NCBI GenBank assembly: GCA_021325135.1
Contig: JAJPHT010000036.1
Span: forward strand, 95,491-159,490
Length of the DNA stretch: 64,000 nucleotides
From: Pseudomonadota bacterium
GTDB lineage: Archaea > Thermoplasmatota > SW-10-69-26 > JACQPN01 > JAJPHT01
Reading direction: 5' to 3'
Each line of letters begins with the position of its first letter. Position 1 is the first letter of the stretch. A program made the position numbers and the translations under genes. The notes below the pieces were generated by a model, which was given only the letters and a program-made list of their open reading frames with translations, ran no database searches and had not been told where the DNA came from. Shown here piece after piece: positions 27,165-37,800 of the stretch.

Positions 27165-28381
27165 GCTTCCCCCCGCGCGAGGGCCAGCGCCAGGCGCTCC
27201 GAGAGGCGCCAGTCGACGACCCTCACGCCGTGGGCCCGCAGCGCGGAGAGCGTCCGCTCGCGCTGGGCCCGCGCCTCCTCGGTGGGCTCGCCCGCCAGCG
27301 CGAGGAACGCGGGCCCGTCCAGCGCGAGCACGACCACGTCCAGCTCCAGCGCGCGCAGCGCCGCGACCGCGTCGGCCACGGTGGGGTCGTCCAGCAGGGG
27401 GGAGAGCACGAGGGCGGGCGCGCGGCGGCGCAGGCGAGGCAACGCGGCGTCGACGGCCTCGCGCAGCGTGGCGCCGCCCGCGGGCTCGCGCGCGAGGAGG
27501 CTCGCCAGCACGCCCGCGAGGGCGGCGTCTCCGGGCGCGGCGCGCAGCGTCTCGACGCCCTCGCCGTAGCGCACGACGACGGGCCGGTCGCGGCGCCTCG
27601 CCAGGAGCGCGGCGAGGGAGGCCAACGCGCGCAGCTCGTCGGCCCACGCGTGGTTGCCCACGGTGCCCACCCGGGAGAGGCCGCGCGCGTCGAGGAAGAC
27701 CGTCGCCTCGGCCTGGCTCTCCATCTCGCGCTGGCTCACGATGAGCTTGCGCCCCGTGCGGGCCGAGGCGCGCCAGTTCACGTCGCGCAGCGTGTCGCCG
27801 GGCTGGTAGTCGCGCAGCGCGAAGAAGTCCGACCCTCCGCCCGCCTGGCCCACGAGGTGGATGCCCGAGGCGGGAAGAAAGCGACGCGAGGCGGCGAGGG
27901 AGCCCCGGAGGTCCTCGACGCGCGGAAGGGCGACGATCTCGCCTGGAGCCTCGATGACGTGCGTCCGCTCCACGAGCCCCAGGGGGTCGGAGACGCGCGC
28001 CGTGAGGCCGCGGAAGACGAAGCGCCCGGGGACGCGGGCGACGACGGCGAAGGCCAGGCCCACGCGGGCGCCCTGGCCGATGAGGTCGCCCTCGGCCGCT
28101 TCGAGCCCGGGAGGGAGCGCGTCCTCGACCTCGATGCGCGCGCCCTCCAGCGACTCGACGCCCACCTCCACCTGGACGGGCTCGCCCTCGCGCGCGATGG
28201 AGGCACCCACGCGTCGCGCGGCCCGGGCGCGCGGCGCGCGCGTCGCGAGGAGCGCCCACGCCAGTGCCGCGAGGAGGGACGCGCCCAGGGCCGCCGCCAG
28301 GAGCGAGCCCACCGCGAGGCCAAGTCCCACCGCCGCCGCGCCGGCCACGAGCGCCGCGCGCCCCTGGGGCGTGAGGCTCAT
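27161..28381 (-). CDS. DUF58 (vWA-like) MoxR partner protein
   Basis: N-terminal TMs, DPLGL, DFFALRDYQPGDTLRDVNWRASARTG. Confidence 0.92.
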   Translation of the reverse strand: MSLTPQGRAALVAGAAAVGLGLAVGSLLAAALGASLLAALAWALLATRAPRARAARRVGASIAREGEPVQVEVGVESLEGARIEVEDALPPGLEAAEGDLIGQGARVGLAFAVVARVPGRFVFRGLTARVSDPLGLVERTHVIEAPGEIVALPRVEDLRGSLAASRRFLPASGIHLVGQAGGGSDFFALRDYQPGDTLRDVNWRASARTGRKLIVSQREMESQAEATVFLDARGLSRVGTVGNHAWADELRALASLAALLARRRDRPVVVRYGEGVETLRAAPGDAALAGVLASLLAREPAGGATLREAVDAALPRLRRRAPALVLSPLLDDPTVADAVAALRALELDVVVLALDGPAFLALAGEPTEEARAQRERTLSALRAHGVRVVDWRLSERLALALARGEA

Positions 28382-29241
28382 CGCACGTCCTCCCGGCGCA
28401 CGGGCGCGTCAAGGCCGCGGCGCTCCGCCCGCCCCTCTTCGCGGGCGAGCCCCAGGGCGGCGCAGAGCCCCGAGGCCGCGAGGGCCAGCGCGACCGGGGC
28501 GCCAAGCTGCGGCGTCGCGGCCGCGTCCTGCAGGGAGCCGGGAATCGCGGCGGGCCAAGGCGCGTCGTGCGCGGCGTCCAGCGCGACGCGGGTCCCCGGC
28601 GGGAACGCCTGCGCGAGCCAGCGCTGCGCCTCCGCCGCGCCCGCGGGGTCGCGCAGCGCATCGGGCGAGAGCCACCCGGCGGAGCCCACGACGAGGACGC
28701 GCCCGTCGGGCGACCACGTCGCGAGGGCGAAGGGCCCCGGCGCGTCGGCCGCGGTGGCGCGCCCGTCACCGTCCACGTCCACGAAAGAGCCGTTGGCGCT
28801 CCACGCCGCGACTCGGGCGCCGGGGCGCGGGTCGAGCACGGCGTGGGCGTCGGGGAAGCTCGCGTTGCCTGCGAGCAGGATGGGCGCCGACGCGACGCCG
28901 CTGCCCAGGCGCGCGGCGGCGTCGGGATCGCCCAGCACGACGACGCGGCCGCCCCGCGCCGCGAACGAGGCGAGGGCGTCCAGCTCCGCGGGTGCCAGGG
29001 GCGCGCCGCCCTTGGCGAGGACCAGGCCGCGCCCCTGCGCGGGAGCGTCGGAGAGGGCGGCCTCCCCCAGCGCGAGCCGCGACGTGATATCACCGTTGGC
29101 CTTGAGCATCGCCTCGGCGGGAGCCCAATCGGGGCCGCCCCCGCGGCGCTGCGAGACGCGCTGCGCGGCGTCGGCCGCGACAAGGCCCGCCGCCAGCGCG
29201 AGCGCCAGCAGCGCGGCGAGGCGCCACGCGCGCGGGCTCAC
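28378..29241 (-). CDS. DUF4350-like membrane-anchored protein
   Basis: N- and C-terminal TMs, FAARGGRVVVLGD, SFVDVDGDG..GPF, GRVLVVG; MoxR/DUF58 context. Confidence 0.6.
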   Translation of the reverse strand: MSPRAWRLAALLALALAAGLVAADAAQRVSQRRGGGPDWAPAEAMLKANGDITSRLALGEAALSDAPAQGRGLVLAKGGAPLAPAELDALASFAARGGRVVVLGDPDAAARLGSGVASAPILLAGNASFPDAHAVLDPRPGARVAAWSANGSFVDVDGDGRATAADAPGPFALATWSPDGRVLVVGSAGWLSPDALRDPAGAAEAQRWLAQAFPPGTRVALDAAHDAPWPAAIPGSLQDAAATPQLGAPVALALAASGLCAALGLAREEGRAERRGLDAPVRREDVR

Positions 29242-32200
29242 GGGAGCGCCTCCCGGAGGCGCGCCAGCGCGGCGGCGACGCGCGCCGCGTCCCGCGCGTC
29301 GGGCCCGCGCTGCGCGTAGCGCGCCAGCTCGAAGGCGTCCACCACGACGTCCACGTCGGCCTCAGGCAGCCCCAGCGCTTCGCGCAGCGCCGCGCGCACG
29401 TCGCCGGGCGTGGCGCTGCGCGGCACGACGTGGCCGCCCCGCGCGAGCGCGGCGAGGAGGTGGCGGTACGCGAGGACGGCCGCGGCGCCGTGCTCGTCGG
29501 ACGCCTCGAAGGCGGCCTCCGCCTCGGCGAGGGCCTGCGCGACCTCGCGGCGCTCGCGGCGGGGCAGGCGCCGCGCGGCCGCGAGCCCCAGGACCAGGAG
29601 CGCGGCAAGAGCGACGGCCGCGCCCGCGATCCACGGCGCGACGGACGCGGGGGCGAAGGGGGCGGGCGCCAGGGTCGCGACCGCGCTGGCGGGCAGCAGG
29701 TCGGGCGCGCCCACCACCTCCGCGACGACGCGCGAGCCGGGCGGGAGGCGCGCCTCGACGACGCCCGCGGCGTCGGTGCGCGCGACCAGCGGGAACGGCT
29801 GCCCGTCCAGGCGAAGCAGCAGCGGCGCGTCCGCGGCGGGGCGCCCGGCGCCGTCGAGCACCTCGACGCGGAGCCGGCCGCCCAGCGCGTCGAGGCGCAG
29901 CGTGGGGCGCTCGCGGACGCGCGTCGGCGCGGCGGACTCCGAGGGGAGGTCGCCCCCGTTGCCCGCGAAGGACGCCCGGAGCGTCGTGGGGCCCAGCGGC
30001 GCGTCCTGGGGGATCGTCGCGTCGAGGCGCGCGACCCCGTCGGGCCCCGTCGCGACGTGTCCCAGCGTCCGGTTCCCCAGCGACCACGAGATCGTCTCTC
30101 CGGCGAGCGGCCCCAGGGCGTCGTCCAGCGCAGCGGAGAGCGTGACGTGCGAGCCGGGGGCGAGGTCCTCGGGCGGGGCCGGGATGGCGAGGCGCGAGGG
30201 CTGGAGCACGAGCACGCCGAGGTCCTGGTCCAGGGGCGCCACGCCGTGGCCGCCCGGCGCGCGGGCGTGGAAGGAGAGCGCCCTCACGCGGGCGGTCGCG
30301 TTGCCCAGCGCGAGGCGGAAGGCGCCCGTCTCGTCCACGCCCACGGGCTGGCCGTCGAGGCTCAGCGAGGAGAGGGGCGCGGGGCCCCCGGCGTCGAGGG
30401 TCGCATGGCCGGTGAGCCACGGCGCGCCCGCCACGAGGGCCGCGGGGTCGGCCTCCACGCGCAGCGCGGCGAGGACGGTGAGGTTGCCCGTCGCGGAGGC
30501 GGCCTCGTCGTCCCCTGCGCCCGCGAAGGCCGCGCGCCACGGCGCAGCGCCCAGGCTGGCGTCCGCGGGCACGGGCACGCGCGCGGCGAAGCGCCCCTCC
30601 GCGTCGGTGGCCGCGGTCGCGTTCTCCACGAGGACCGGTGCGCCCGCGATGGGCGCCCCCGCGGCGTCGAGGAGCGCGCCTTGGAGGAGAGCGTCGTGGC
30701 CGCGCACAGCGGTGGCGTCGTCCAGGAGAAGACGCGCGGGAGCGGCGACCTCCAAATTGATATCAATGTGCGCTGCGTCCGCCAGGGGGGAGGCGTCCAC
30801 GTCGAGGCTCAGCGCAACGGGGCCGGGCCGCTGCGCGAGGCTCGCGGGGAGCGCGACGGAGAAGCGCCCCTGCGCGTCGGGGTGCCCCAGGAGGGCCAGC
30901 GCGCCCGCGCGGACGCGCACGACGGCGCCGCCCTCCGCGGACGGGTCGTCCAGCGGGGCGCCCGCGGCGAGGAGCGTGCCGCGCAACGTCGCGGGCTCGC
31001 CCAGCCGCAGCGCGAGGCGCTCGACGCCCAGCGCGGGCGCGGCGCGGACGGTGGCGCCCCGCCCCGTGGCGTTGGCCGCCTCGTGGAGGCCATCGCCCGC
31101 GAAGGAGGCGCGCGGCTGCCGGCCGCCCAGGGGAAAGCCCGCCAGCGGGACCTGGGCGTGATAGCTTCCGTCGGGGCCCGTGAGCGCGGCGCCGCTCCAG
31201 GGGCCGAAGGCGAGGCTCACCGGGGCTCCGGCCAGGGGCGCTCCGCCGGAGGAGAGCGAGCCCGAGAGCGCGAGGCTCCCCGAGGTCAGCGCGGAGGCGT
31301 CCTGCGCGGCCACGGCGAGGACCGTGGGCAGGCGCGGCGAGATCGCGACGGGCGCCTCCGCCGCGCCCAAGGCCCCGTCGCCGCTCCAGCGGAGCGTGCC
31401 CGCCAGGGGCTCGCGGGCGTCGGCGGGCACGGGCACGCGGAACGTGGCGTTGGCGCCGTCCCACTGGGGGGCGAGGCTCGCCCCGCCCACGTCGAGGCGC
31501 AGCGCGTCCGGAAGGAGGGGCGCGTGCAGGTCGCCCGCGCCATCCTCCAGCGTCAGCGCGACGAGGGCCTCCGCGCCGGGCGCCGCGCTGGCGGCCAGCG
31601 GGGGGAGCGAGGCGTTGGCGCGCACGGGGAGGGGCGCGGTGAGCGCGGAGGCTCCTGATAGCACGTCGGAGGAGCGGCGCACGCCGTAGCTCCACACGAG
31701 GAGCCGCGCGCTTCCTCCCGGAGCGGCGAGGTCGGTGCGGGCGCGCCACGAGACGTTGCCGTGCTGGACCGCGCCGAAGAGGACGGCCCCGTCGGGGGGC
31801 TGGGTCGACTGGTCCGGCGCGAGGCGGACGCGCAGCGTGAACGACCCGTCGTCCCGCGTGAACGCGACCCCCGCCGCCAGCGCGGGGTCGGCTGAGGGCT
31901 CCGCCTCCGCGTCGGTCGCGATCCGCGCCAGCACGGGGACCCCGCCCCGGGGGCCGTCCGCGACGAGGTGGCCGCGCGCCTCGGCCTCGCCCCCTTTGAC
32001 GAGCGCCGAGGGCGGGGCGTCCAGGACGAGGCGCGCAGGCGCGACGGGGGGTGGCGCCGCCTGGCCTTCGCGCGCCAGAAGCGCGGCGAACGCGGCGCCG
32101 CGGTCGTGCACGTCCACGGCCCCGTAGTACGGCGTCGGGTCCTCCCCCGTGGTGTCGTTGAGCCCGTCGCGGTCGAGGTCGGAGAGGTCCTGCGCGGTCG

Positions 32201-34853
32201 CGCGCCGGGTGGGATCGAGCCCCAGCCACCAGGGGCCGTCGCTCTCCTCGCTCCAGTTGGCGGGCCGCCCCCAGCGGTACTTCGCGAGCAGGCCGATCCC
32301 GTCGCCCGCGGGGGACTCGCTGGGCGTGTGGTACGCCGTCGCGTCGAGCCCGTAGTGGAGCTTCCACGCGTCGGGCAGGCCGTCGCCCGCGCAGCTCACC
32401 TTGTGCGCGCAGTCCTTGGCGGGGTCCTTGGCGACGTCGAAGTTCCCGAGGAACCGGAGCGAGCCGTCGGCCTGCCTCTCGTGGACGATGCCCAGCGAGA
32501 GGAGCCGGTCGCGAAGCGGCGAGGGCGCGTCGGGAAGGGTGACGTCGGGTCCGTCCAGGAGCCCCTTGCCGATGCTGTCGGGGCTGTCGGGGTCGGTGTG
32601 GTACACGCCGATCTCGTCGGCGTTGGAGAGGCCATCGCCGTCCGCGTCCCCCTGCGCGGCGTCGTCCGCGGGCGAGAGCGGGTCGAGGTGGAGACGCGCC
32701 TCCAGCCCGTCGGGCAGGCCGCCCCCGTCGGTGTCGGCGCGCAGCGGGTCGGTCCCCGCCGCGAACTCCTGGAGGTTCGTGAGCCCGTCGCCGTCGGGGT
32801 CCTTGGCGGGGTCGGCCGCGCCGCGCAGCGCCTTCCAGAAGTCGGGCAGGCCGTCGCCGGCCCCGTCGGGGCGCGTCGTGGAGGCGTTGAGGCGGTACGC
32901 GTCGCGGAACGTCCACGTCACGCTACGCATCGTGCCGTTCGCCCAGGACTGATATCGAGCCAAGGGCGCGTCCGCGTCGGCGGGGTCGGTGGGGGAGAGC
33001 GGGACCGGCGCCCCCGCGCGTCCCAGCCACGAGAAGCCGCGCCCCGCGACGGCGGTGGCGGCGAAGCGCGCGCCGCCGGCCGCGCCGTGCTGGTACTCCC
33101 AGCCGTCGGGGAGCCCGTCGCCGTCCGTGTCGGCGGCGTGGGGGTCGGTGCCGGCGGCCAGCTCCAGCTTCGCGGGGAGCGCGTCGCCGTCCAGGTCGCG
33201 CGCCGCGTCGGCGCACGAGGGCGCGTCTCCGCAGCCGCGGCTGTCGCCGGGCAGGCCCGCGAGGCTGTCCGCGCGCGAAGGATCGAGGTCCCACGCGCCT
33301 AGGTCCGCGAGCCAGCGGGCGTTGGCGCGCTCCCACGCGTCGGGGAGCCCGTCGCCGTCGGTGTCGCCGCTCGCGGGGTCCGTGGCGGGGAAGGCCGCGC
33401 GCTGCGCGGAGCCGGGCGCCACGGGGCGCGGCGGCGGGTGGACCTCGTCGCCGTTGCGGATGCCGTCGCCGTCCACGTCCGGGTCCGCCACGTTGGGCGG
33501 CTGCCCGCAGAGCGCGCAGAGGCGGTCCGCGTGCGCGGGGTCCGCCGCAGCGCGCCCGTCCCAGTAGGCGACCTTCTCGCCATCGGGCATGCCGTCGCCG
33601 TCGCTGTCGCGCTTCGCGGGGTCCAGGAGACCCGCGTACTTCGCCACCTCGACCGCGTCGGGCAGCCCGTCGCCGTCGGTGTCCGCGGTGCCCGGGTCCA
33701 GGGGGGAGAAATGATAGCTCTTGCCCTCCGCGGTCCAGGCGCCGTCGCGCTTGGCCTTGTCGGGGATGTGGTCTCCGTCGCTCACGGGGCGCATGGGGTC
33801 GCTGGTGACGTGGCGCGTGACGCCGTCCACGGTGACGTTCCAGCCCACGAGCGCCTCCTCCGCGTTGGTGAGGCCGTCGCCGTCGCAGTCGGGCTTGTCG
33901 GGGCAGAAGCCGAGCCGGTACGCCTGGAGGTTCGGCACGCCCCCGCCGCCGTCCTTGGCCGCGTCGGAGGGGTCCAGCGGGTCGAGGCCGTAGCGGATCT
34001 CCCACGCGTCGGGCATGCCGTCGCCGTCGCTGTCCGCGCTGCGCGGGTCGAGCCCCTTGGCAAAGGGCGGCTCGACGCCCGGGAGGCGCGCGCACAGGTC
34101 GAGCCGCGCGAAGGAGGCCTGGGCCTTCTCCAGCGCCGTGAGCCCCGAGGGGTCGCCGTCCAGCCGCAGCGCGCCGATGGCGGGGTCGCGCGGGTCGAGC
34201 CCGAAGTGGAGGGCCCACCCGTCCGGGACGCCGCTGCCTCCCGTGCTGGCGCGCGACGGGTCGAGCCCGGCGCGGACCTTCTCGCCGTCGCCCATGCCCG
34301 AGCACGCGGTGTCGAGCCGGTCGCCGCGCGCGCCCGCGTGATATCGTTCCAGGTTCGTGATCCCGTCGTGGAAGGGGTCCGCTGCGGCGTCGGCCTGCTT
34401 GGAGTCCATGCCATGCGTCGTCTCGTAGGCGTCCGGGATGCCGTCGCCGTCGGTGTCGGCCTTCCACGGGTCGGTGCCCGCGGCGAGGTCCTGGGCCAGC
34501 GTCGTCCCTTTGCCCAGGCAGTCGGCCTGCGCGTCGGGCCGCGCGGGGTCGGGGCATCGCTCGCCCGTGGCGGCGTCGGCGCGGCTGTGGGCGATCTCCC
34601 ACGCGTCGGGCAGCCCGTCGCCGTCGCTGTCGGGGGAGAAGAGGTTCGTGCCCCAGCGCGCGACCTCCTCCAGGTCGGGGACCCCGTCGCCGTCGCTGTC
34701 CCGCGCCGCGTCGGGGGCCGCCACGGCGGCGCTCGCCGAGGGTGCCGCGTGCCCGGAGACGAGGAGCTCCACCAGCGCGCCGGCCGCGAGGGCGGCCACC
34801 AGGAGGAGCGCGGCGAGGCGCAGGTCGGCCCGCAGCGCGCGCAGAAGCCTCAC
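29238..34853 (-). CDS. 1871-aa surface protein: DxDGDG Ca-binding repeats, Ig-like stalk, TM, cytoplasmic DUF4129-like domain
   Basis: More than 15 D(S/T)DGDG(L/M)PDxxE-type repeats, tandem beta-sandwich repeats (ASFAGD), a TM helix, then AYRHLL..SATP..FELARY. Confidence 0.85.
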   Translation of the reverse strand: MRLLRALRADLRLAALLLVAALAAGALVELLVSGHAAPSASAAVAAPDAARDSDGDGVPDLEEVARWGTNLFSPDSDGDGLPDAWEIAHSRADAATGERCPDPARPDAQADCLGKGTTLAQDLAAGTDPWKADTDGDGIPDAYETTHGMDSKQADAAADPFHDGITNLERYHAGARGDRLDTACSGMGDGEKVRAGLDPSRASTGGSGVPDGWALHFGLDPRDPAIGALRLDGDPSGLTALEKAQASFARLDLCARLPGVEPPFAKGLDPRSADSDGDGMPDAWEIRYGLDPLDPSDAAKDGGGGVPNLQAYRLGFCPDKPDCDGDGLTNAEEALVGWNVTVDGVTRHVTSDPMRPVSDGDHIPDKAKRDGAWTAEGKSYHFSPLDPGTADTDGDGLPDAVEVAKYAGLLDPAKRDSDGDGMPDGEKVAYWDGRAAADPAHADRLCALCGQPPNVADPDVDGDGIRNGDEVHPPPRPVAPGSAQRAAFPATDPASGDTDGDGLPDAWERANARWLADLGAWDLDPSRADSLAGLPGDSRGCGDAPSCADAARDLDGDALPAKLELAAGTDPHAADTDGDGLPDGWEYQHGAAGGARFAATAVAGRGFSWLGRAGAPVPLSPTDPADADAPLARYQSWANGTMRSVTWTFRDAYRLNASTTRPDGAGDGLPDFWKALRGAADPAKDPDGDGLTNLQEFAAGTDPLRADTDGGGLPDGLEARLHLDPLSPADDAAQGDADGDGLSNADEIGVYHTDPDSPDSIGKGLLDGPDVTLPDAPSPLRDRLLSLGIVHERQADGSLRFLGNFDVAKDPAKDCAHKVSCAGDGLPDAWKLHYGLDATAYHTPSESPAGDGIGLLAKYRWGRPANWSEESDGPWWLGLDPTRRATAQDLSDLDRDGLNDTTGEDPTPYYGAVDVHDRGAAFAALLAREGQAAPPPVAPARLVLDAPPSALVKGGEAEARGHLVADGPRGGVPVLARIATDAEAEPSADPALAAGVAFTRDDGSFTLRVRLAPDQSTQPPDGAVLFGAVQHGNVSWRARTDLAAPGGSARLLVWSYGVRRSSDVLSGASALTAPLPVRANASLPPLAASAAPGAEALVALTLEDGAGDLHAPLLPDALRLDVGGASLAPQWDGANATFRVPVPADAREPLAGTLRWSGDGALGAAEAPVAISPRLPTVLAVAAQDASALTSGSLALSGSLSSGGAPLAGAPVSLAFGPWSGAALTGPDGSYHAQVPLAGFPLGGRQPRASFAGDGLHEAANATGRGATVRAAPALGVERLALRLGEPATLRGTLLAAGAPLDDPSAEGGAVVRVRAGALALLGHPDAQGRFSVALPASLAQRPGPVALSLDVDASPLADAAHIDINLEVAAPARLLLDDATAVRGHDALLQGALLDAAGAPIAGAPVLVENATAATDAEGRFAARVPVPADASLGAAPWRAAFAGAGDDEAASATGNLTVLAALRVEADPAALVAGAPWLTGHATLDAGGPAPLSSLSLDGQPVGVDETGAFRLALGNATARVRALSFHARAPGGHGVAPLDQDLGVLVLQPSRLAIPAPPEDLAPGSHVTLSAALDDALGPLAGETISWSLGNRTLGHVATGPDGVARLDATIPQDAPLGPTTLRASFAGNGGDLPSESAAPTRVRERPTLRLDALGGRLRVEVLDGAGRPAADAPLLLRLDGQPFPLVARTDAAGVVEARLPPGSRVVAEVVGAPDLLPASAVATLAPAPFAPASVAPWIAGAAVALAALLVLGLAAARRLPRRERREVAQALAEAEAAFEASDEHGAAAVLAYRHLLAALARGGHVVPRSATPGDVRAALREALGLPEADVDVVVDAFELARYAQRGPDARDAARVAAALARLREALP

Positions 34854-37800
34854 GAGGATCGCCTCCGCAGCGCGAGGGCGAGAAGGAGCGCCGCCCAGGG
34901 CGCGGCCGCGGGCGTCGCGCGCAGGGGCGCGGCGCCCTGGAGGGTCGCCTGGGCGTCGGCGGCGCCGTCGCTGCCCAGGAGGTCGACGGTGGCGCCGGCG
35001 GGCGCGTCGCCCACGAGGAGGACGTGCGTGGCGCGCCCGCCCGCGGCGAGGCCGGGGAGCGCGCGCTGCGCCAGCGTGACGTTGCCCGCGCGCACGCGCA
35101 GGAGGAGGGCCGTCGCGTCTCCGTCGCCGCGGTTCTCCAGCGTGACGTTCACGACCTGCGCGCCGGGGGCGCCCTCGACGCGCGCGTCCAGGATGGCAAG
35201 GTCGCGGCGAAGCCCGACCACGGCGACGTCGCGGCTCGCCTCGCCCGCCCGCACGGTGAGGGTCGCGTCGGCGGACGCGTTGACGATGATATCAAGGAGC
35301 CGGGTGGCGCCCGGGGCTAGGAGCCCCGCCTCGGGGGCGTCCGCGAAGCGCGCGATCCCCTCGGGGCTCAGCGTGGCGGGCGCGTCGGCGGGCGCGTTGC
35401 CGTCGTTGCGCAGCACGACGCGGAGGCGCAGCGGCTGGCCGGGCGTGGCGCGCGCCTCGGCGGGGGCGACGAGGACCAGCGCGGGCGCGGCGGGCGTGCG
35501 GGCGGGGATGGAGAGCGATCGGAGCGCGGCCGGCGTCGTGGCGTCGGAGGCCAAGATCGCGAGGGTGACGTTCCCCTCCTGCGGGGGCGCGCCCGGCTCG
35601 ACGCTCCAGTGCAGCGTGGCGCGCGCCTCCTCGCCAGGCGCCAGCGAGGCGGGCAGCCCGTCCAGCGTCGCGCGCCAGCCGCGCGGCGCCACCAGCGGCT
35701 CGACGGCGAGGTCGAGGGGCGCCAGGGCCTCGCTGCGCACCGTCACGCGCGCGGTTCCGTTGGACGCGGGCGCGCCCAGCAACGCGTCGGGCCCTTCGAC
35801 GCGGAGCGCGAGGTCGTTGGCCGCGACGGCGACGAGCCCCACGCGCGCGGCGGCCCCCGCGCCCACGGTGGGCTCGACGACGAGGGCCAGCGGCACCGAG
35901 AGCCCCACCGGCGCGCCGCGGGGCGCGAGCACCTCGGCGCGCACGCTGGCCTCGTCCAGCGTGGCGCCCGACTCGTTGCGCGCGCCCGCGGCCCGCAGGA
36001 GGACCGAGGGCGGGTCCAGCGCGACGCGCCACCCGTCGGGAAGCGCGCCGACGCTGCGCACGCGGACCTCCGCGTCCCCGCCCAGGTTGCGCAGCAGGAT
36101 CGTGGCGTTGGCGGAGCCTCCCGGGACGGGGCGCACGATGCGATCGGAAGCGTGGGCCTCCACCGTGGCGTTGGCCCGCGGCGCGGCGGCGACGACGGCC
36201 TGGTCGCGCGCCGACGGGTCGGAGACGGAGGTGGCCTCCACGACGAACTCCCAGGGCGGCTCGCTTCCGGTGGGCGCGGTCAGGGTCAGCTCCAGGGGCG
36301 CGGTGCCGTTGGGCTCCACGTGGACGCGGGTCGCGTTGAGCGTGGCGTTGTAGCCGGGCCCCGCGGCGAGGGAGAGGTCGGCGTCGCCTGCCTGGGCGCC
36401 CGCGTTGCGCAGCAGGAGCGAGACGCGCGAGGGGACGCCGGGCGCCAGGGCGAGGTCCACGCGCTGCGCCTCCTGGCCCGAGGCGTCCAGCGCGCGCAGG
36501 ACGGGCTCGAAGCCGGAGCGCGCGCGCAGCACGAGCCGCGCCTCGGCGCGCGTGGCGTTGTCCTGGGACGACTGCGCGACGAGCCGCAGCGAGAGGCAGT
36601 CGCCGTCGCGCGCGTCCACGGGCACGTCCACCAGCGCGTCGACGCGCGCGCTGCCGGGGGCCACGAGGCCCGGGAGCGTCGAGGCGGCCAGGCGCGCGTC
36701 CCACGCCGCGAGGCAGCGCGCGTCGGGCGCGGGCTCCAGGGAGAGCGCCACGTCCTCCGTGAGCGGCGAGCCGTCCTCCGCCGCTCCAAGGTTCTGGAGC
36801 GAGAGCGAGAGGCGCGCGTGGTCGCCGGGCTTGGCCGCCGCCTCCTTGGCGGGATCGGACCATGATAGCAGGGCGCCGTGCTCCTCCACGGGCGAGGCCG
36901 TGGCGCGCGCCTCGGGGGGAAGGCCCGGCAGGAAGGCGTCGAAGGGCGCGCCCGGCCGCCACGCGAAGAGGAAGGCGGGCTTCGAGACGTCGACCTGCAG
37001 GAGGGTGTCCTCCCGCGCGAGGGGCGCCTTGCCGTCGGGCGTCGTCGCGAGGGCGCCCGCGAGCGAGATCGTGCCCGTCGCGCGGGAGAGCGGCGTGCCG
37101 TTGAGGGCCCGCGCGTCCGTCTCGACGCGCGTCCCTGCGAAGGGCAGCTCCAGCGCGGCCTCCAGGGTGGCGGGCGCGTCGGGCGCGCGGTCCGTGGCCA
37201 GCGGCGCCGAGAAGGAGAGGCCCGACTTGCCGGCGAGGACGGCGAGGCCGTCGCTCCCCAGGAGGGCGGTCGCGTCGGCTCCGGGCGCGAGGAGGGCCCA
37301 CGGCTCGCTGGCGGCGGAGGGGGAGGCGCGCGTGGCCCACGTCTCCCGGGGCGGGTCGCCGGCGCGTCCGGAGAGCGCCTCGTTGGGGCGCGCCAGGGGG
37401 AAGGCCTGCGCGCCCACCGGCAGGTTTGATAGCAGCGCGTGGCCCCCCGCGCGCTGGGCGACGAGGAGGCTGCCCGAGGGGCCCCCGTCGAGGGAGACGG
37501 CCTGCTGGAGGAAGCGGTCCACGCCGCCGGCCTGCGCGCCGCGGGCGAGGGCGACCACGGGTCCGTCGGCCTCCAGCCGCGCGCACCCCCCGGAGGGCAC
37601 GAGCAGCGAGGCGGAGCCCAGGCGCGGCGCCGAGAAAGACGCCAGCGCGCGCCCGTCGTCGCACGCGCGGACCGTGGCGTTGGCGCGCGAGGCGCCCACC
37701 ACGTCCCACGTCGTGTCGCCGCCCAGCGCGGGCAGCAGGAAGCGGCGGCCCGCGAAGCCCCCCTCCAGCGCGGGCGCCGCCAAGGCCGCGGGCTGCGCGT

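Noticed and set aside
32130-34700. Recurrent GCCGTCGCCGTC DNA repeats as a nucleotide repeat array
   Set aside because: They encode the DGDG protein repeats and vary at synonymous positions.
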